DNA of 64,000 nucleotides from the NCBI GenBank assembly GCA_944367415.1, contig CALVWN010000035.1, positions 1,212-65,211 of the forward strand. Direction: 5' to 3'. Below the pieces are notes generated by a model, which did not search any database, was not told the DNA's origin, and was given only the letters and a program-made list of their open reading frames with translations. Positions 37,182 to 46,738 of this stretch are shown here, piece after piece (position 1 is the first letter of the stretch; each line of letters begins with the position of its first letter). This DNA is from an uncultured Clostridia bacterium (GTDB taxonomy: Bacteria > Bacillota > Clostridia > Christensenellales > Borkfalkiaceae). Position numbers and translations under genes: made by a program.

Positions 37182-38507
37182 TCATTGTTTTTTGTGTTCT
37201 TCTTTCCAGGCTTTGATCTGTTCGAGCCGCGCTTTGAATTTGCTCTCCAGGCCTTCCTCGGTGGGCGTGTAGTATTCCCGCCCGACGAGGTTGTCCGGAA
37301 GGCACTGCATGGTGGTCAGTTTGTCGTCGGCGTCATGCGCATATTCATACCCTTTGCCGTAGGAAAGCTCCTTCATGAGCTTGGTCGGCGCATTGCGGAT
37401 GACGAGCGGAACAGGCTCCGCGAGCATGGTGAGCGCATCCTTTTTGGCGCGTTCATAGGCGACGTAGAGAGCGTTGGATTTCGGGGCGAGCGAGAGATAG
37501 ACGACCGCCTGCGTGAGGTGGACGCTGCATTCCGGCATCCCGATGAGGCGGCACGCCTCGAATGCCGAAACGCACAGCTCGAGCGCGCGCGGGTCGGCGA
37601 GACCGACGTCCTCGCTCGCGAACCTCGTCACGCGGCGGGCGATATAGATGGGATCCTCTCCCGCTTCCAGCATCCGCGCCAGCCAATAGACGGCGGCGTT
37701 CGGGTCGGAGTTGCGCATGGATTTATGCAGCGCGGAGATGAGATTGTAGTGTTCCTCACCTTTTTTATCGTACAAAAGCGATTTCTTTGAGGTGATCTGC
37801 TCGATCGTCTCGGCGGTGACGACGGTCTTTTCGCCCTCGAGCGTGCCGTTCAGCACCGCCATTTCGAGCGTGGAGAGCGCGCTGCGCGCGTCGCCGTTGG
37901 CAAAGTTCGCGATCGCCCGGAGCAGTTCTTCCGAGATCTCCACCTCCTGATTGCCGAATCCGCGCGGATCTTTGAGCGCGTGATGCAGCAGCTCGCACAG
38001 CTCCTCCGGGGAAAGCTCGTGCAGCACGAACACCTTGCAGCGGGAGAGGAGCGCGCCGTTGATCTCAAAAGAGGGATTTTCCGTCGTGGCGCCGATGAGG
38101 ATGATGCTTCCCTTTTCGACATAGGGGAGAAAGGCGTCCTGCTGCGCCTTGTTGAAGCGGTGGATCTCGTCCACAAAGAGGATAGTCTTTCCGCCGAAGC
38201 GCCTGTTCTTTTCCGCCTGTTCCATGACCTGTTTGATCTCTTTGATCCCGCTCGTCACGGCGGAGAAGTCGATGAACGTCGCCTTGGTGCGTTGGGCAAT
38301 GATGCGCGCGAGCGTGGTCTTTCCCACGCCGGGCGGCCCCCAGAAGATCATCGAGCCGATCTGGTCGCTTTCGATGAGGCGGCGCAAGATCTTCCCTTCG
38401 CCCAAGAGGTGCTTTTGTCCGCAGTATTCTTCCAGCGTGCGCGGCCGGATGCGTGCCGCAAGCGGCTGGCTTGTCCGATCATCAAAGAGTGTTCCCTGTT
38501 CCAGCAT
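37182..38507 (-). CDS. rarA: replication-associated recombination protein A (RarA/MgsA AAA+ ATPase)
   Basis: ATG at 38507 (MLEQGTLFDD...). Contains PLAARIRPRTLEEYCGQKHLLG, FWGPPGVGKTTLA, LFVDEIHRFNKAQQD and ATTENPSFE. The ORF-track N-terminal extension to 38780 was rejected. Confidence 0.95.
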   Translation of the reverse strand: MLEQGTLFDDRTSQPLAARIRPRTLEEYCGQKHLLGEGKILRRLIESDQIGSMIFWGPPGVGKTTLARIIAQRTKATFIDFSAVTSGIKEIKQVMEQAEKNRRFGGKTILFVDEIHRFNKAQQDAFLPYVEKGSIILIGATTENPSFEINGALLSRCKVFVLHELSPEELCELLHHALKDPRGFGNQEVEISEELLRAIANFANGDARSALSTLEMAVLNGTLEGEKTVVTAETIEQITSKKSLLYDKKGEEHYNLISALHKSMRNSDPNAAVYWLARMLEAGEDPIYIARRVTRFASEDVGLADPRALELCVSAFEACRLIGMPECSVHLTQAVVYLSLAPKSNALYVAYERAKKDALTMLAEPVPLVIRNAPTKLMKELSYGKGYEYAHDADDKLTTMQCLPDNLVGREYYTPTEEGLESKFKARLEQIKAWKEEHKKQ

Positions 38508-38651
38508 ATCTGTTTCCGTCTGTGAAAAGATTTGTTTGAAGATATTATATGCCTTTCCGGGCAGAATGTCAATGTGATGGCGAAAAATGGGTGCGGGGCC
38601 GCGAAAAAATCCTTCAGGGATTGCGGCGGGATCGGAACGGGGGAAAACGTT

Positions 38652-41267
38652 ATGAACGAAAGAAAGAGGATGCAATTTGTACGTCTGTGCCTTGCCATCC
38701 TCTTTTTTGTTTGCCTTGCGGCAGGTTTGCTCTCTGCCTGCAAGTCCTCCTGCACCGTCAGCTATCTTGCAGGCGACCATGCCGCCGCGGATGCCGTTCT
38801 TCCGCAGCCTGCGGAGTATGAACAGGGGCAGACGATCGTGCTCGCCCCGGCGCCCTCCGCCGCAGAGGGCTGGGAGTTCGCCGCGTGGTCGGACGGTGCG
38901 CGGCAGTTCGGCGCAGGGGAGACGTATGTCGTCGAAGGCAGCGTCACGTTTACGGCGCTCTGGAGGGCGTGCGAGCCGTCGCAGCCCGATCCGGAACCCG
39001 AGCCCGACCCCGATCCGGAACCCGAACCGGAGCCGGAACCCGAACCGGAACCCGAACCGACGGTCTTTTATACCGTGACTTTCTCGCTCGGGAAATACGC
39101 CGACCCGTCCGAACAGACGCCGGCCGCCGTCCGTGTTGCAGCGGGAGAGGCGGTCGCGCTTCCCGTTGTCGCCGCGGCGCGCGGCTTTGTGTTTGACGGC
39201 TGGTTTTCAGGCGGCGAGAAAATCGAAGCGCCCTTCGTTCCCGCGGCGGATACGCTGCTCGAAGCACGGTTTACCGCCGTGCGCTATACGGTGACGTTTG
39301 AACACCTTGAGGGCGCATACAATCCCAATACGATCACGGAGTACACCGTTCTCGACGCATCTGTCGAACTGCTTGCCGCGCAGAAGCGCGGCTATCGCTT
39401 TGTCGGCTGGCTGGATCTTGCGACGGGAAGCGTCGTCACATTTCTCGATCCCACCCGTGCGGAGGACGTCCGACTGTATGCGCTCTTTACGCCGCTGCGC
39501 TATTCGATCACCTACCATCTGGACGGCGGAACGGGCGATCCCGCCAATCCTGCGGAGTACACGATCGAGAGTGGAGACATCACGATCCTGCCGCCCGAGA
39601 AACTCGGATATGACTTTCTCGGATGGACGTATGCGGGGCAGACGCAGCCACAGCTGCAAATCACCATCCCGCACGGATCGACGGGCGACATCGAACTGAC
39701 GGCGCACTGGCGGCTGCATCTCTATTCCGTGACCGTGGACGGCTTCCTCGCCGCACAGCTGACGATGGGGCAGTCGTTTGCGCTTCCGATGCCGACCCGC
39801 CGTCCCGACATGACCTTCATGGGTTGGATGCAGGGGGAGGCACTGCGCTATACGCCGCAGGACAACGTGCTCGTCATGCAGACGGAGGACGTTGCACTCG
39901 TGACGCGCTGGGCGATGCACGATGCGATCGCGGACGGGGAGGAAGCGCTCGCCGTGTTCGCCGATCCGGACGCGGCGCGCATGAAACTCGCCGCAGACGT
40001 CACGCTCGGAGCGGGCGTGACACTTTCGCGCGCCTTTTTACTGGAACTCGGCGGACACACGCTCACCTTTGTCACGCGCGACACGCCCGCGCTGCGGGTG
40101 AATGTGCCTTCCGCCGAGGTCTGCATCCAAGGCGGCACGCTGCAGGTGCAGGCGACGGATGTGCGTCAACCCGCCATTCTGGCGGAGAGCAGCCTTGCCA
40201 TGCAGGCGGCGGTGCTCCATTCGGAGGGCGCGGGGATCCTGCTCGTGCGCGGATCGCTCTCTCTGTCTGCCTGCGAGATCACGGCGGACGGCGAATATGC
40301 GGTCGCGGCGGACAGAACGCTCGGAAGCAGGGATGGCTGCACCGTCGCCGTTTCGGGCGGAACGCTTCGGGCGAACGGGGCGGAGAGCGCCGCATTGCTC
40401 TTTCACGGAAAGGGCACGCTCTCCCTCTCCGGAGCGGTGCTTTCGGGCGGAAGACAGGGACTTGTGGTGCGCCGCGGCGAGGCGACGATCTCCGGCTGTA
40501 CGATCGCTTCGCGCGCCGAAGGGGGTGCGGAGCCTGTGCCGTGGGCGGAGGGTGCGCGTGTCGCGATGGCGGCGCTTGTCGCGGGCGATCCGGACGGCGA
40601 CGGCACGGATGCCAACGTGACGATCGCCGGCACGCAGGTGACGTTCGGCGGCAGCGTGCGGGAGGGGTGCATCCTCCTCGTCGGCGAATCCGACCTTGCG
40701 GGCGTTGCGCGCCTTCTGTATGACTGCTCGGATCTGCCCATGCGCGAGATCGTGCAGCAGGGCGGCGTCAGCGTGCGGGGAGCGGGCTATCTGCTCGCCT
40801 CGCACCGCGAGGAATATCACGCCGCGCGGGCGGTCACCTGCACGTCGGACGGCTGGGACGCGTATTACTATTGTCCGCGCTGCGAGGGATATTTCGATCT
40901 GGAGGGAAATGCCGTCGTGTGGGAGCAGCTCCTGCATCCCAAGCCGGCGGACGGTCACTTCTTTACCGTCACATACGATATGCGCTCGTGCGCGCTCACT
41001 TACGGCTGTAGCCGCGGCGACACCGAGCAGCTCATGCTTTATCTGGAATTTACTGCCGACCGTGGGGAGGTTCACGTTGCATCCGACGCATTCTCCTATG
41101 TCGGCGGCGAGATCTTTGTCGACCTCACCCGCGTCAGCGTGACGGGGCTTGCGGCAGACGAGTGGGTGGTCGGCTACTTTGTGGGGACGCTGTACTGTCC
41201 GCCCGATGCGACCGTCAGCGTCATGCAGGTCAATGTTATCCATGCCATTGTCGGGAAGGTCACATGA
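38652..41267 (+). CDS. surface lipoprotein (871 aa): Listeria-Bacteroides repeats, Pro-Glu/Asp linker, beta-helix-like region, Cys-motif C-terminal module
   Basis: ATG at 38652. The signal peptide ends GLLSAC. Repeats include EGWEFAAWSDG..., RGFVFDGWF, RGYRFVGWLD and LGYDFLGWTY. The GGTL/GSLSL/GGTLRA-type repeats (about 40.0-40.7 kb) suggest a parallel beta-helix. Confidence 0.8.
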   Translation: MNERKRMQFVRLCLAILFFVCLAAGLLSACKSSCTVSYLAGDHAAADAVLPQPAEYEQGQTIVLAPAPSAAEGWEFAAWSDGARQFGAGETYVVEGSVTFTALWRACEPSQPDPEPEPDPDPEPEPEPEPEPEPEPTVFYTVTFSLGKYADPSEQTPAAVRVAAGEAVALPVVAAARGFVFDGWFSGGEKIEAPFVPAADTLLEARFTAVRYTVTFEHLEGAYNPNTITEYTVLDASVELLAAQKRGYRFVGWLDLATGSVVTFLDPTRAEDVRLYALFTPLRYSITYHLDGGTGDPANPAEYTIESGDITILPPEKLGYDFLGWTYAGQTQPQLQITIPHGSTGDIELTAHWRLHLYSVTVDGFLAAQLTMGQSFALPMPTRRPDMTFMGWMQGEALRYTPQDNVLVMQTEDVALVTRWAMHDAIADGEEALAVFADPDAARMKLAADVTLGAGVTLSRAFLLELGGHTLTFVTRDTPALRVNVPSAEVCIQGGTLQVQATDVRQPAILAESSLAMQAAVLHSEGAGILLVRGSLSLSACEITADGEYAVAADRTLGSRDGCTVAVSGGTLRANGAESAALLFHGKGTLSLSGAVLSGGRQGLVVRRGEATISGCTIASRAEGGAEPVPWAEGARVAMAALVAGDPDGDGTDANVTIAGTQVTFGGSVREGCILLVGESDLAGVARLLYDCSDLPMREIVQQGGVSVRGAGYLLASHREEYHAARAVTCTSDGWDAYYYCPRCEGYFDLEGNAVVWEQLLHPKPADGHFFTVTYDMRSCALTYGCSRGDTEQLMLYLEFTADRGEVHVASDAFSYVGGEIFVDLTRVSVTGLAADEWVVGYFVGTLYCPPDATVSVMQVNVIHAIVGKVT
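38973..39059 (+). repeat. low-complexity (Pro-Glu / Pro-Asp)n linker coding repeat
   Basis: It encodes EPSQPDPEPEPDPDPEPEPEPEPEPEPEP. The DNA is an imperfect CCGGAACCCGAA-type hexanucleotide array. Confidence 0.85.
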
Positions 41268-41296
41268 ATCGAAACAATGATAAGGAGAAAATACAG

Positions 41297-44200
41297 ATGA
41301 AACAAGGATGGAAAGTTGCGGGCGCGATGCTCATGGTGCTCTGCGTACTGCTTGGGCTTGTCGCCTGCACCGAGCCGACCGAACCGACGCAGTCGCCCGA
41401 GCCGGAACAGCCGCGGCCGGTCGTGTACACCGTGGATTTTTCGCTCGGCGCATACGCGGCAGAGGACGCGCAGTGCCCCGTGCAGGTGACTGCGGAGGAG
41501 GGCGAAGAGATAATTCTGCCTGCTGCCGTTTCGGCGCAGGAGGGGTGGATCTTCGTCGGTTGGGAGGATGAAGGGCAGGTTTATGCCGCGGAGACAGAGT
41601 ATTCTGTCACGCATAATACTATGTTTACTGCAAAATGGGAGGCGTTGCTCGTCGAATATACGGCGACGTTCGTGCTCGGCGAGCACGCGGCGGGCGCGTC
41701 GCCCGCACCTGTCGTCGCGGAGGAACATACGCAGATCACCCTGCCCGCCGTCGAAGCGGAGGAGGGTTGGACGTTTGTCGGCTGGTCGGACGGGGAGCAG
41801 ATATATCCCGCCGGCGGGCAGGTGACGCTCACGCAGGACGTCACCTTTACGGCTGTCTGGGAGAAGCTGCCCGTCTTTTACACCGTGACGTTTGTCCTCG
41901 GCGAACACGCCGCGAGCGCGTCGCCCGCGCCCGTCGTTGCGGAGGAGAATTCGCAGATCGCGCTGCCCGCCGTCGAAGCGGAGGCGGGCTGGGCATTTGT
42001 CGGCTGGTCGGACGGGGAGCAGACGTATGCCGCCGATGAACAGTATTGTGTCACGCAGAATATTTCATTTACGGCGATTTGGGAGAAGCTGCCCGTCTTT
42101 TATACGGCGACGTTCGTGCTTGGCGAGCATGCGGCGGGCGCGTCGCCCGCGCCCATCGTTGCGGAGGAGAATTCGCAGATCGCGCTGCCCGCCGTCGAAG
42201 CGGAGGCGGGCTGGACGTTCGTCGGCTGGTCGGACGGGGAGAGGACATACGCTGCAGGCGGGCAGGTGACGCTTGTGCAGGACGTCACCTTTACGGCGAT
42301 TTGGGAGAAACTGCCCGTCTACTACACTGTGACGTTTGTTCTCGGCGAACACGCGGCGGGTGCGTCGCCCGCGCCCATCGTCGCGGAGGAGAATACGCAG
42401 ATCACGCTGCCCGACATTGAAGCGAAGGCGGGCTGGTCGTTCGTCGGCTGGTCGGACGGCGCGCAGACATACGCTGCAGGCGGGCAGGTGACGCTTGCGC
42501 AGGACGTCACCTTTACGGCGGTCTGGGAGAAGATCATGATCGCCGTGTACTTTGCCGCGAACGGCGGTTCGGGAGACATGGCGGCGCAGACCATCGGATA
42601 CGGCGATGCGCTCGTATTGCCCGCGAATGGTTTTGCGGCGCCCGCGGGCATGGAATTTGCAGGTTGGTCGTTCGACCGCAGCGTGCTGCTCGGCGGGGAG
42701 GTCGGCGCGGAGCGCTATCTTGCATATGTCGAGGAAGGCGTTCTCACCGTCTATGCGTTGTGGAAGCCGCTGCCGCCCGTCATCTTTACGGTGACCTTTG
42801 ACATCGGCGCGTATGCGGCGGAAGGTTGCGTCGCTCCGCCCGCGCAGGCGGTGGAGGAAGGGAGCAAGATCGTTCTGCCCGAGGCGCCCGCCGCAAAGGA
42901 GGGTTGGGAGTTTTTCGGATGGGCGAGCGACGGCTTCCGCTATCTTCCGGGGGACAGTTACCGCGTGACGGCGGATACGCGCTTTTCTGCGCTCTGGATC
43001 GTCGTGCTGCCCGAGCGGTATGCGGTATCCTATGACTGCGGGGTGGAGAGCGGCTTCGGCATCGTGGGCGAGACGCCCGCCACGGTGACATATGAGGAGG
43101 GCGAATCGTTTGCGCTCCCGCTCTCGCCGTGGAAGCGCGCGGGATATGATTTTGTCGGATGGAAACTCCTGCACCGGGTCGAGCAGGCGGGCGAGACGGT
43201 GTGGGAGAATATGCCCGGCCCCGTTCTTTTGCCCGGCGCGATCGTGATGATGCCGTCGGAGGACATCCGCGTCACGGCGGTCTGGAAACAGGCGGCGCTC
43301 GTCGTCACGGTCGTCTTTGACGCAAACGGCGGCACGGGAGAGATGGCGGATGAAAGTTTCGACTACGGCGGCGACTATGCGCCGCCCGCCTGCACACTGA
43401 CTGCGCCCGACGGCAAGCAGTTTGCGGGATGGTCATTGGACGGCGTGACGTCCCTCGGCGAGGCGGTCTCGCGCGAGGAATATGCCGCGTATCTGACGCA
43501 GATGACGCTCACGCTGCACGCTCTCTGGGAGGACGTTCCCGTCTATGCGGACATTCAGACCATCGTCGGGACATGGGAGAACGGCATCTCCTTTGTCGTC
43601 ACCGACGCCGTACTGACGGAAGAGGAGAGTGTCGGCACGCTCATCTGGGACAACGGCATGATGGGCATCCGTCAGACGTCGGACGGCGCATTTTACGGCA
43701 CGCACGACGGCGTGAACTACCGGCTCTCGCTGTCGGACGGGATGCTTGTCGTCACATACGGCGGATCCGCCATGATCTTCGAGACGCATACGCCCCTTGC
43801 GGAGGATGTGCGTCTCTACGGGAAATGGCGGTCGGATGGCGGCGAGAATTGGCTGATCGCCGCGACGGGCGCGCGCTTCGGGAGCGATCTCAGAGAGGCC
43901 TCCGTGCTCGTGGTCGGCGGCTATCTCCTGCTGCGCGAAGAGGACGGCTGCCGATACCTTCTCCGAAGGGAGGGCGATACGCTCGTCGGCGTGTGCCGGG
44001 CGCCCGGACAGGCGGATGAAGCCGTCACGTTTACGGCGGGAACGTTCTTCACGCTTTCCGTCGGCGATGCACTCAACCAGTTTGTGGAAGCGGGCAGCGC
44101 GCCTGATGAAGCGCGGCTCCTGCCGCCCGTCGCCCCCGAAGGGCAGGCGTTCGGCGGATGGGTGATCGCGGGCACGCAGCAGCGCTTTTCGCCCTCCGAT

Positions 44201-46738
44201 GTGCTGACGGAGGATGTCTGCATCGAGGCGTCCTTCCTTCCGGAGGGGCAGATCGTCGTGACATTCCGGAACGGCGAGGAGGTATTTCTGACCGTTACGG
44301 CAACGCAGGGCGGACAGATCGCCTGCCCGCAGGAGATCCCCATCAGCGCAGAGGGTAAGACCTTCCGCTATTGGGCGGACGAAGGGGGCGAATACGACTT
44401 TGCGTCTCCCGTTCTGCAGCCGCTTACGCTGCACGCCGTGTTTGCCTGGAAGGTGACCTTCGAGACGGACGCCGGCGCGGTCGAGCCGCTCTGGGTGGAG
44501 GAATGGACGGCGGAGGGCATTGCCCTTCCCTCGGGCGAAGGGCTGGAAAAGGAGGGCTATGCGTTTGCAGGCTGGCAGTTCGGCGGCGTCACCTACACCG
44601 ACCGCTACGCTCCCGCGCCCGGAGAACAGCCCCGAAACGCGGTGTTTGTTGCCGTCTGGGAGCAGAAAGATCTTTGGCGGATCACCTTCACGGATGCGGA
44701 GGGGTATGATTACGGGAGCCGTCTTACGGAAGGGATCGTGACGGACGCGCCGACGCCGACGGCGGAGGGTCTGACCTTTGCGGGGTGGACGCTTGCGGAC
44801 GGCACGCCCGTCGACCTGGAAAACGATGTCTTCACAGAGGACACGACGCTGTACGCGCGGTTCCTCGCGCCGTCCTCCGCCTTCGTCGGCGTCTGGTCGG
44901 ACGCGGCGCACGAGGTTGCGATCGCCCTCGTGGCGGGAGTGTCCGGAGAGGAGGTGCTCTGCGCCGTCATCGACGGAAGGACGGTCGGGATCGAACTGTC
45001 GCCCTCCGACGCATCCGAGCGCGCGCTGTACTCTGCTGCGGCTGCCGTCATGTATGAGGAAGTGCCGTTCGGCACGCTCGCGCGCACGCGCACGGGCATC
45101 CGCGTGACGCTTGCGGGCGGGGAGACGTTCGCCGTCGCGGGGAACGCACAGCCTGTCAAGTCGCTCACGGTCGACGACCTCGTCGGCAAGACGTATGCGG
45201 GAGGAGCGGGTTCGCTCTCCGTTTCGGAGTATGATGTCACGATCGGCGGCGAGAGCGGCTGGTTCATACAATATATTGTCGGCAATTATTTCCTGATGAT
45301 GACGTACGGCACGGACGCAATGCGTACCTGCATCCTGCAGCTGGATGGCAAGACGCTCGCGGGCTACGACGAACACGGCAGCGCGGTCGTCTACACCGAG
45401 CAGGAGGAGAGCGGCGTGTCGATCACCTATGAGGACGGCATCCTGACCTGCGGCAACACGTCGATGTACTTCATGGTCTACGCCTCCGACGGCAGCGAAG
45501 TCAGGACGGATGCATCGGCGTTCTCCTTCTCCGACGGCGTCTTTTCCATCGATCTCTCCCGCGTGCACGTCGCGGGTCTTGACGAACATGAGCGGCTGAT
45601 CGGCTTTACCGCGTACGATCTGAACGGAGAACTGTTCTTCGGCGCGGACGATGTGATCGAGATCGGCGGTTTTCAGGAGCTTATCGCAGAGATCGAGCTG
45701 ACCTCCTTCTCCATCGGAAGAGACGGCAGCGCCGACGGCGTCTGGGAGAGCGGAGCGTGGTACACGCCCGCGTGGACGAGCATCCTCGCGCGGGGCGACA
45801 TTGTTCGGATCGGCGGCACGCTCACGAGCGACGGCGCGGAGAACTGGCACGCGGCGCAGGCACTGCTCTATTCCGATACCGTGAACGGCGCCTTCCGCCC
45901 GGACTGCTATGTGACGGATACGGGGATCGGGAGAAGTTTTCAGATCGCCAAGGAGTGCGTCATCGACTGGACGGGATTGGCGTCGGCACTGAAGAACTGT
46001 TCGTACGACATTCTCTACGACTGGTCGGATCCGGACGCCATCAAGATCTCGATCTTCCTCTCCGCAAAGGATGCGGCGTATTTCGGCATCTCCACCTACA
46101 CGGTACGGGCGCTGTCGGGAGCGGCGCTTGCGGACTGGTACCGCATCGGCATCTCCTTTGAAAGCGCATTTTTCCGCGCGGAGCAGGTGGTGCGCGGCTG
46201 CAGTGCGGGTCACGCCGACGGATGGTATTGCCCTGTCTGTCTGAAGATCAATGCGGAAAAGCTCGAAGGGGCGCTGCAGACGCCCGCATCGCCCGCACAG
46301 ACCGTTTCCCTCGCGCCCGGCAGCGTGATGAAGGCGACGCTCTCTGGTTCCGATGCGAGCGCCTTCTGGGAGATCGTCGTTCCGGGCGCGGACGGCGCAA
46401 GTTATGTCGATCTGCAGCTCGCCAATTTCCTCGAGACGGGCGAGATCTGGAGCAATGCGTGGGGCGGCGGCGCGGACGGTTTTGAAAGCTGCGCCGAGCG
46501 CGGGCTCATGCAGTTCGGCGTGCATCCCGCGGCAGGCGGGTGGACGGGCACCTATACGGCGTACGCCTTGCGGATCGGCGATATTTTCGTGCTGTATGTG
46601 TCGTTCACGCCCGAGGGCGCGCAGGAGAGCGCCTATGCGGCGATGCTCTGGATGAAGGGCCTCCCGGACAGCGAGGTGACCTTCCGGATCGTCAATGCGG
46701 CGGGAACGCCGAACGTGCAGACCGGATACATCGGATAA
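41297..46738 (+). CDS. giant surface lipoprotein (1813 aa) with tandemly duplicated Listeria-Bacteroides repeat domains
   Basis: I chose the ATG at 41297 (AAGGAG 8 nt upstream). An ATG at 41264 overlapping the previous stop is an alternative start. The signal peptide ends LLGLVAC. At least 12 EGW.F.GW-type repeats are visible. The C-terminal modules are shared with the 38652 gene. Stop is TAA. Confidence 0.85.
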   Translation: MKQGWKVAGAMLMVLCVLLGLVACTEPTEPTQSPEPEQPRPVVYTVDFSLGAYAAEDAQCPVQVTAEEGEEIILPAAVSAQEGWIFVGWEDEGQVYAAETEYSVTHNTMFTAKWEALLVEYTATFVLGEHAAGASPAPVVAEEHTQITLPAVEAEEGWTFVGWSDGEQIYPAGGQVTLTQDVTFTAVWEKLPVFYTVTFVLGEHAASASPAPVVAEENSQIALPAVEAEAGWAFVGWSDGEQTYAADEQYCVTQNISFTAIWEKLPVFYTATFVLGEHAAGASPAPIVAEENSQIALPAVEAEAGWTFVGWSDGERTYAAGGQVTLVQDVTFTAIWEKLPVYYTVTFVLGEHAAGASPAPIVAEENTQITLPDIEAKAGWSFVGWSDGAQTYAAGGQVTLAQDVTFTAVWEKIMIAVYFAANGGSGDMAAQTIGYGDALVLPANGFAAPAGMEFAGWSFDRSVLLGGEVGAERYLAYVEEGVLTVYALWKPLPPVIFTVTFDIGAYAAEGCVAPPAQAVEEGSKIVLPEAPAAKEGWEFFGWASDGFRYLPGDSYRVTADTRFSALWIVVLPERYAVSYDCGVESGFGIVGETPATVTYEEGESFALPLSPWKRAGYDFVGWKLLHRVEQAGETVWENMPGPVLLPGAIVMMPSEDIRVTAVWKQAALVVTVVFDANGGTGEMADESFDYGGDYAPPACTLTAPDGKQFAGWSLDGVTSLGEAVSREEYAAYLTQMTLTLHALWEDVPVYADIQTIVGTWENGISFVVTDAVLTEEESVGTLIWDNGMMGIRQTSDGAFYGTHDGVNYRLSLSDGMLVVTYGGSAMIFETHTPLAEDVRLYGKWRSDGGENWLIAATGARFGSDLREASVLVVGGYLLLREEDGCRYLLRREGDTLVGVCRAPGQADEAVTFTAGTFFTLSVGDALNQFVEAGSAPDEARLLPPVAPEGQAFGGWVIAGTQQRFSPSDVLTEDVCIEASFLPEGQIVVTFRNGEEVFLTVTATQGGQIACPQEIPISAEGKTFRYWADEGGEYDFASPVLQPLTLHAVFAWKVTFETDAGAVEPLWVEEWTAEGIALPSGEGLEKEGYAFAGWQFGGVTYTDRYAPAPGEQPRNAVFVAVWEQKDLWRITFTDAEGYDYGSRLTEGIVTDAPTPTAEGLTFAGWTLADGTPVDLENDVFTEDTTLYARFLAPSSAFVGVWSDAAHEVAIALVAGVSGEEVLCAVIDGRTVGIELSPSDASERALYSAAAAVMYEEVPFGTLARTRTGIRVTLAGGETFAVAGNAQPVKSLTVDDLVGKTYAGGAGSLSVSEYDVTIGGESGWFIQYIVGNYFLMMTYGTDAMRTCILQLDGKTLAGYDEHGSAVVYTEQEESGVSITYEDGILTCGNTSMYFMVYASDGSEVRTDASAFSFSDGVFSIDLSRVHVAGLDEHERLIGFTAYDLNGELFFGADDVIEIGGFQELIAEIELTSFSIGRDGSADGVWESGAWYTPAWTSILARGDIVRIGGTLTSDGAENWHAAQALLYSDTVNGAFRPDCYVTDTGIGRSFQIAKECVIDWTGLASALKNCSYDILYDWSDPDAIKISIFLSAKDAAYFGISTYTVRALSGAALADWYRIGISFESAFFRAEQVVRGCSAGHADGWYCPVCLKINAEKLEGALQTPASPAQTVSLAPGSVMKATLSGSDASAFWEIVVPGADGASYVDLQLANFLETGEIWSNAWGGGADGFESCAERGLMQFGVHPAAGGWTGTYTAYALRIGDIFVLYVSFTPEGAQESAYAAMLWMKGLPDSEVTFRIVNAAGTPNVQTGYIG
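41651..42538 (+). repeat. four in-frame tandem 222-bp repeats (74-aa units)
   Basis: Units start at 41651, 41873, 42095 and 42317. Each encodes V[FY]YT.TFVLGEHAA.ASPAP.VAEE..QI.LP..EA.AGW.FVGWSDG..TYAA....... .FTA.WEK. Neighbouring units differ at about 14 of 74 residues by eye. Confidence 0.9.

Noticed and set aside
38652-46738. Possibility of a diversity-generating retroelement acting on the C-terminal modules of the lipoproteins.
   Set aside because: No reverse transcriptase ORF and no template repeat/variable repeat pair with adenine-specific differences could be found in the window. The shared C-terminal modules differ at all base types.
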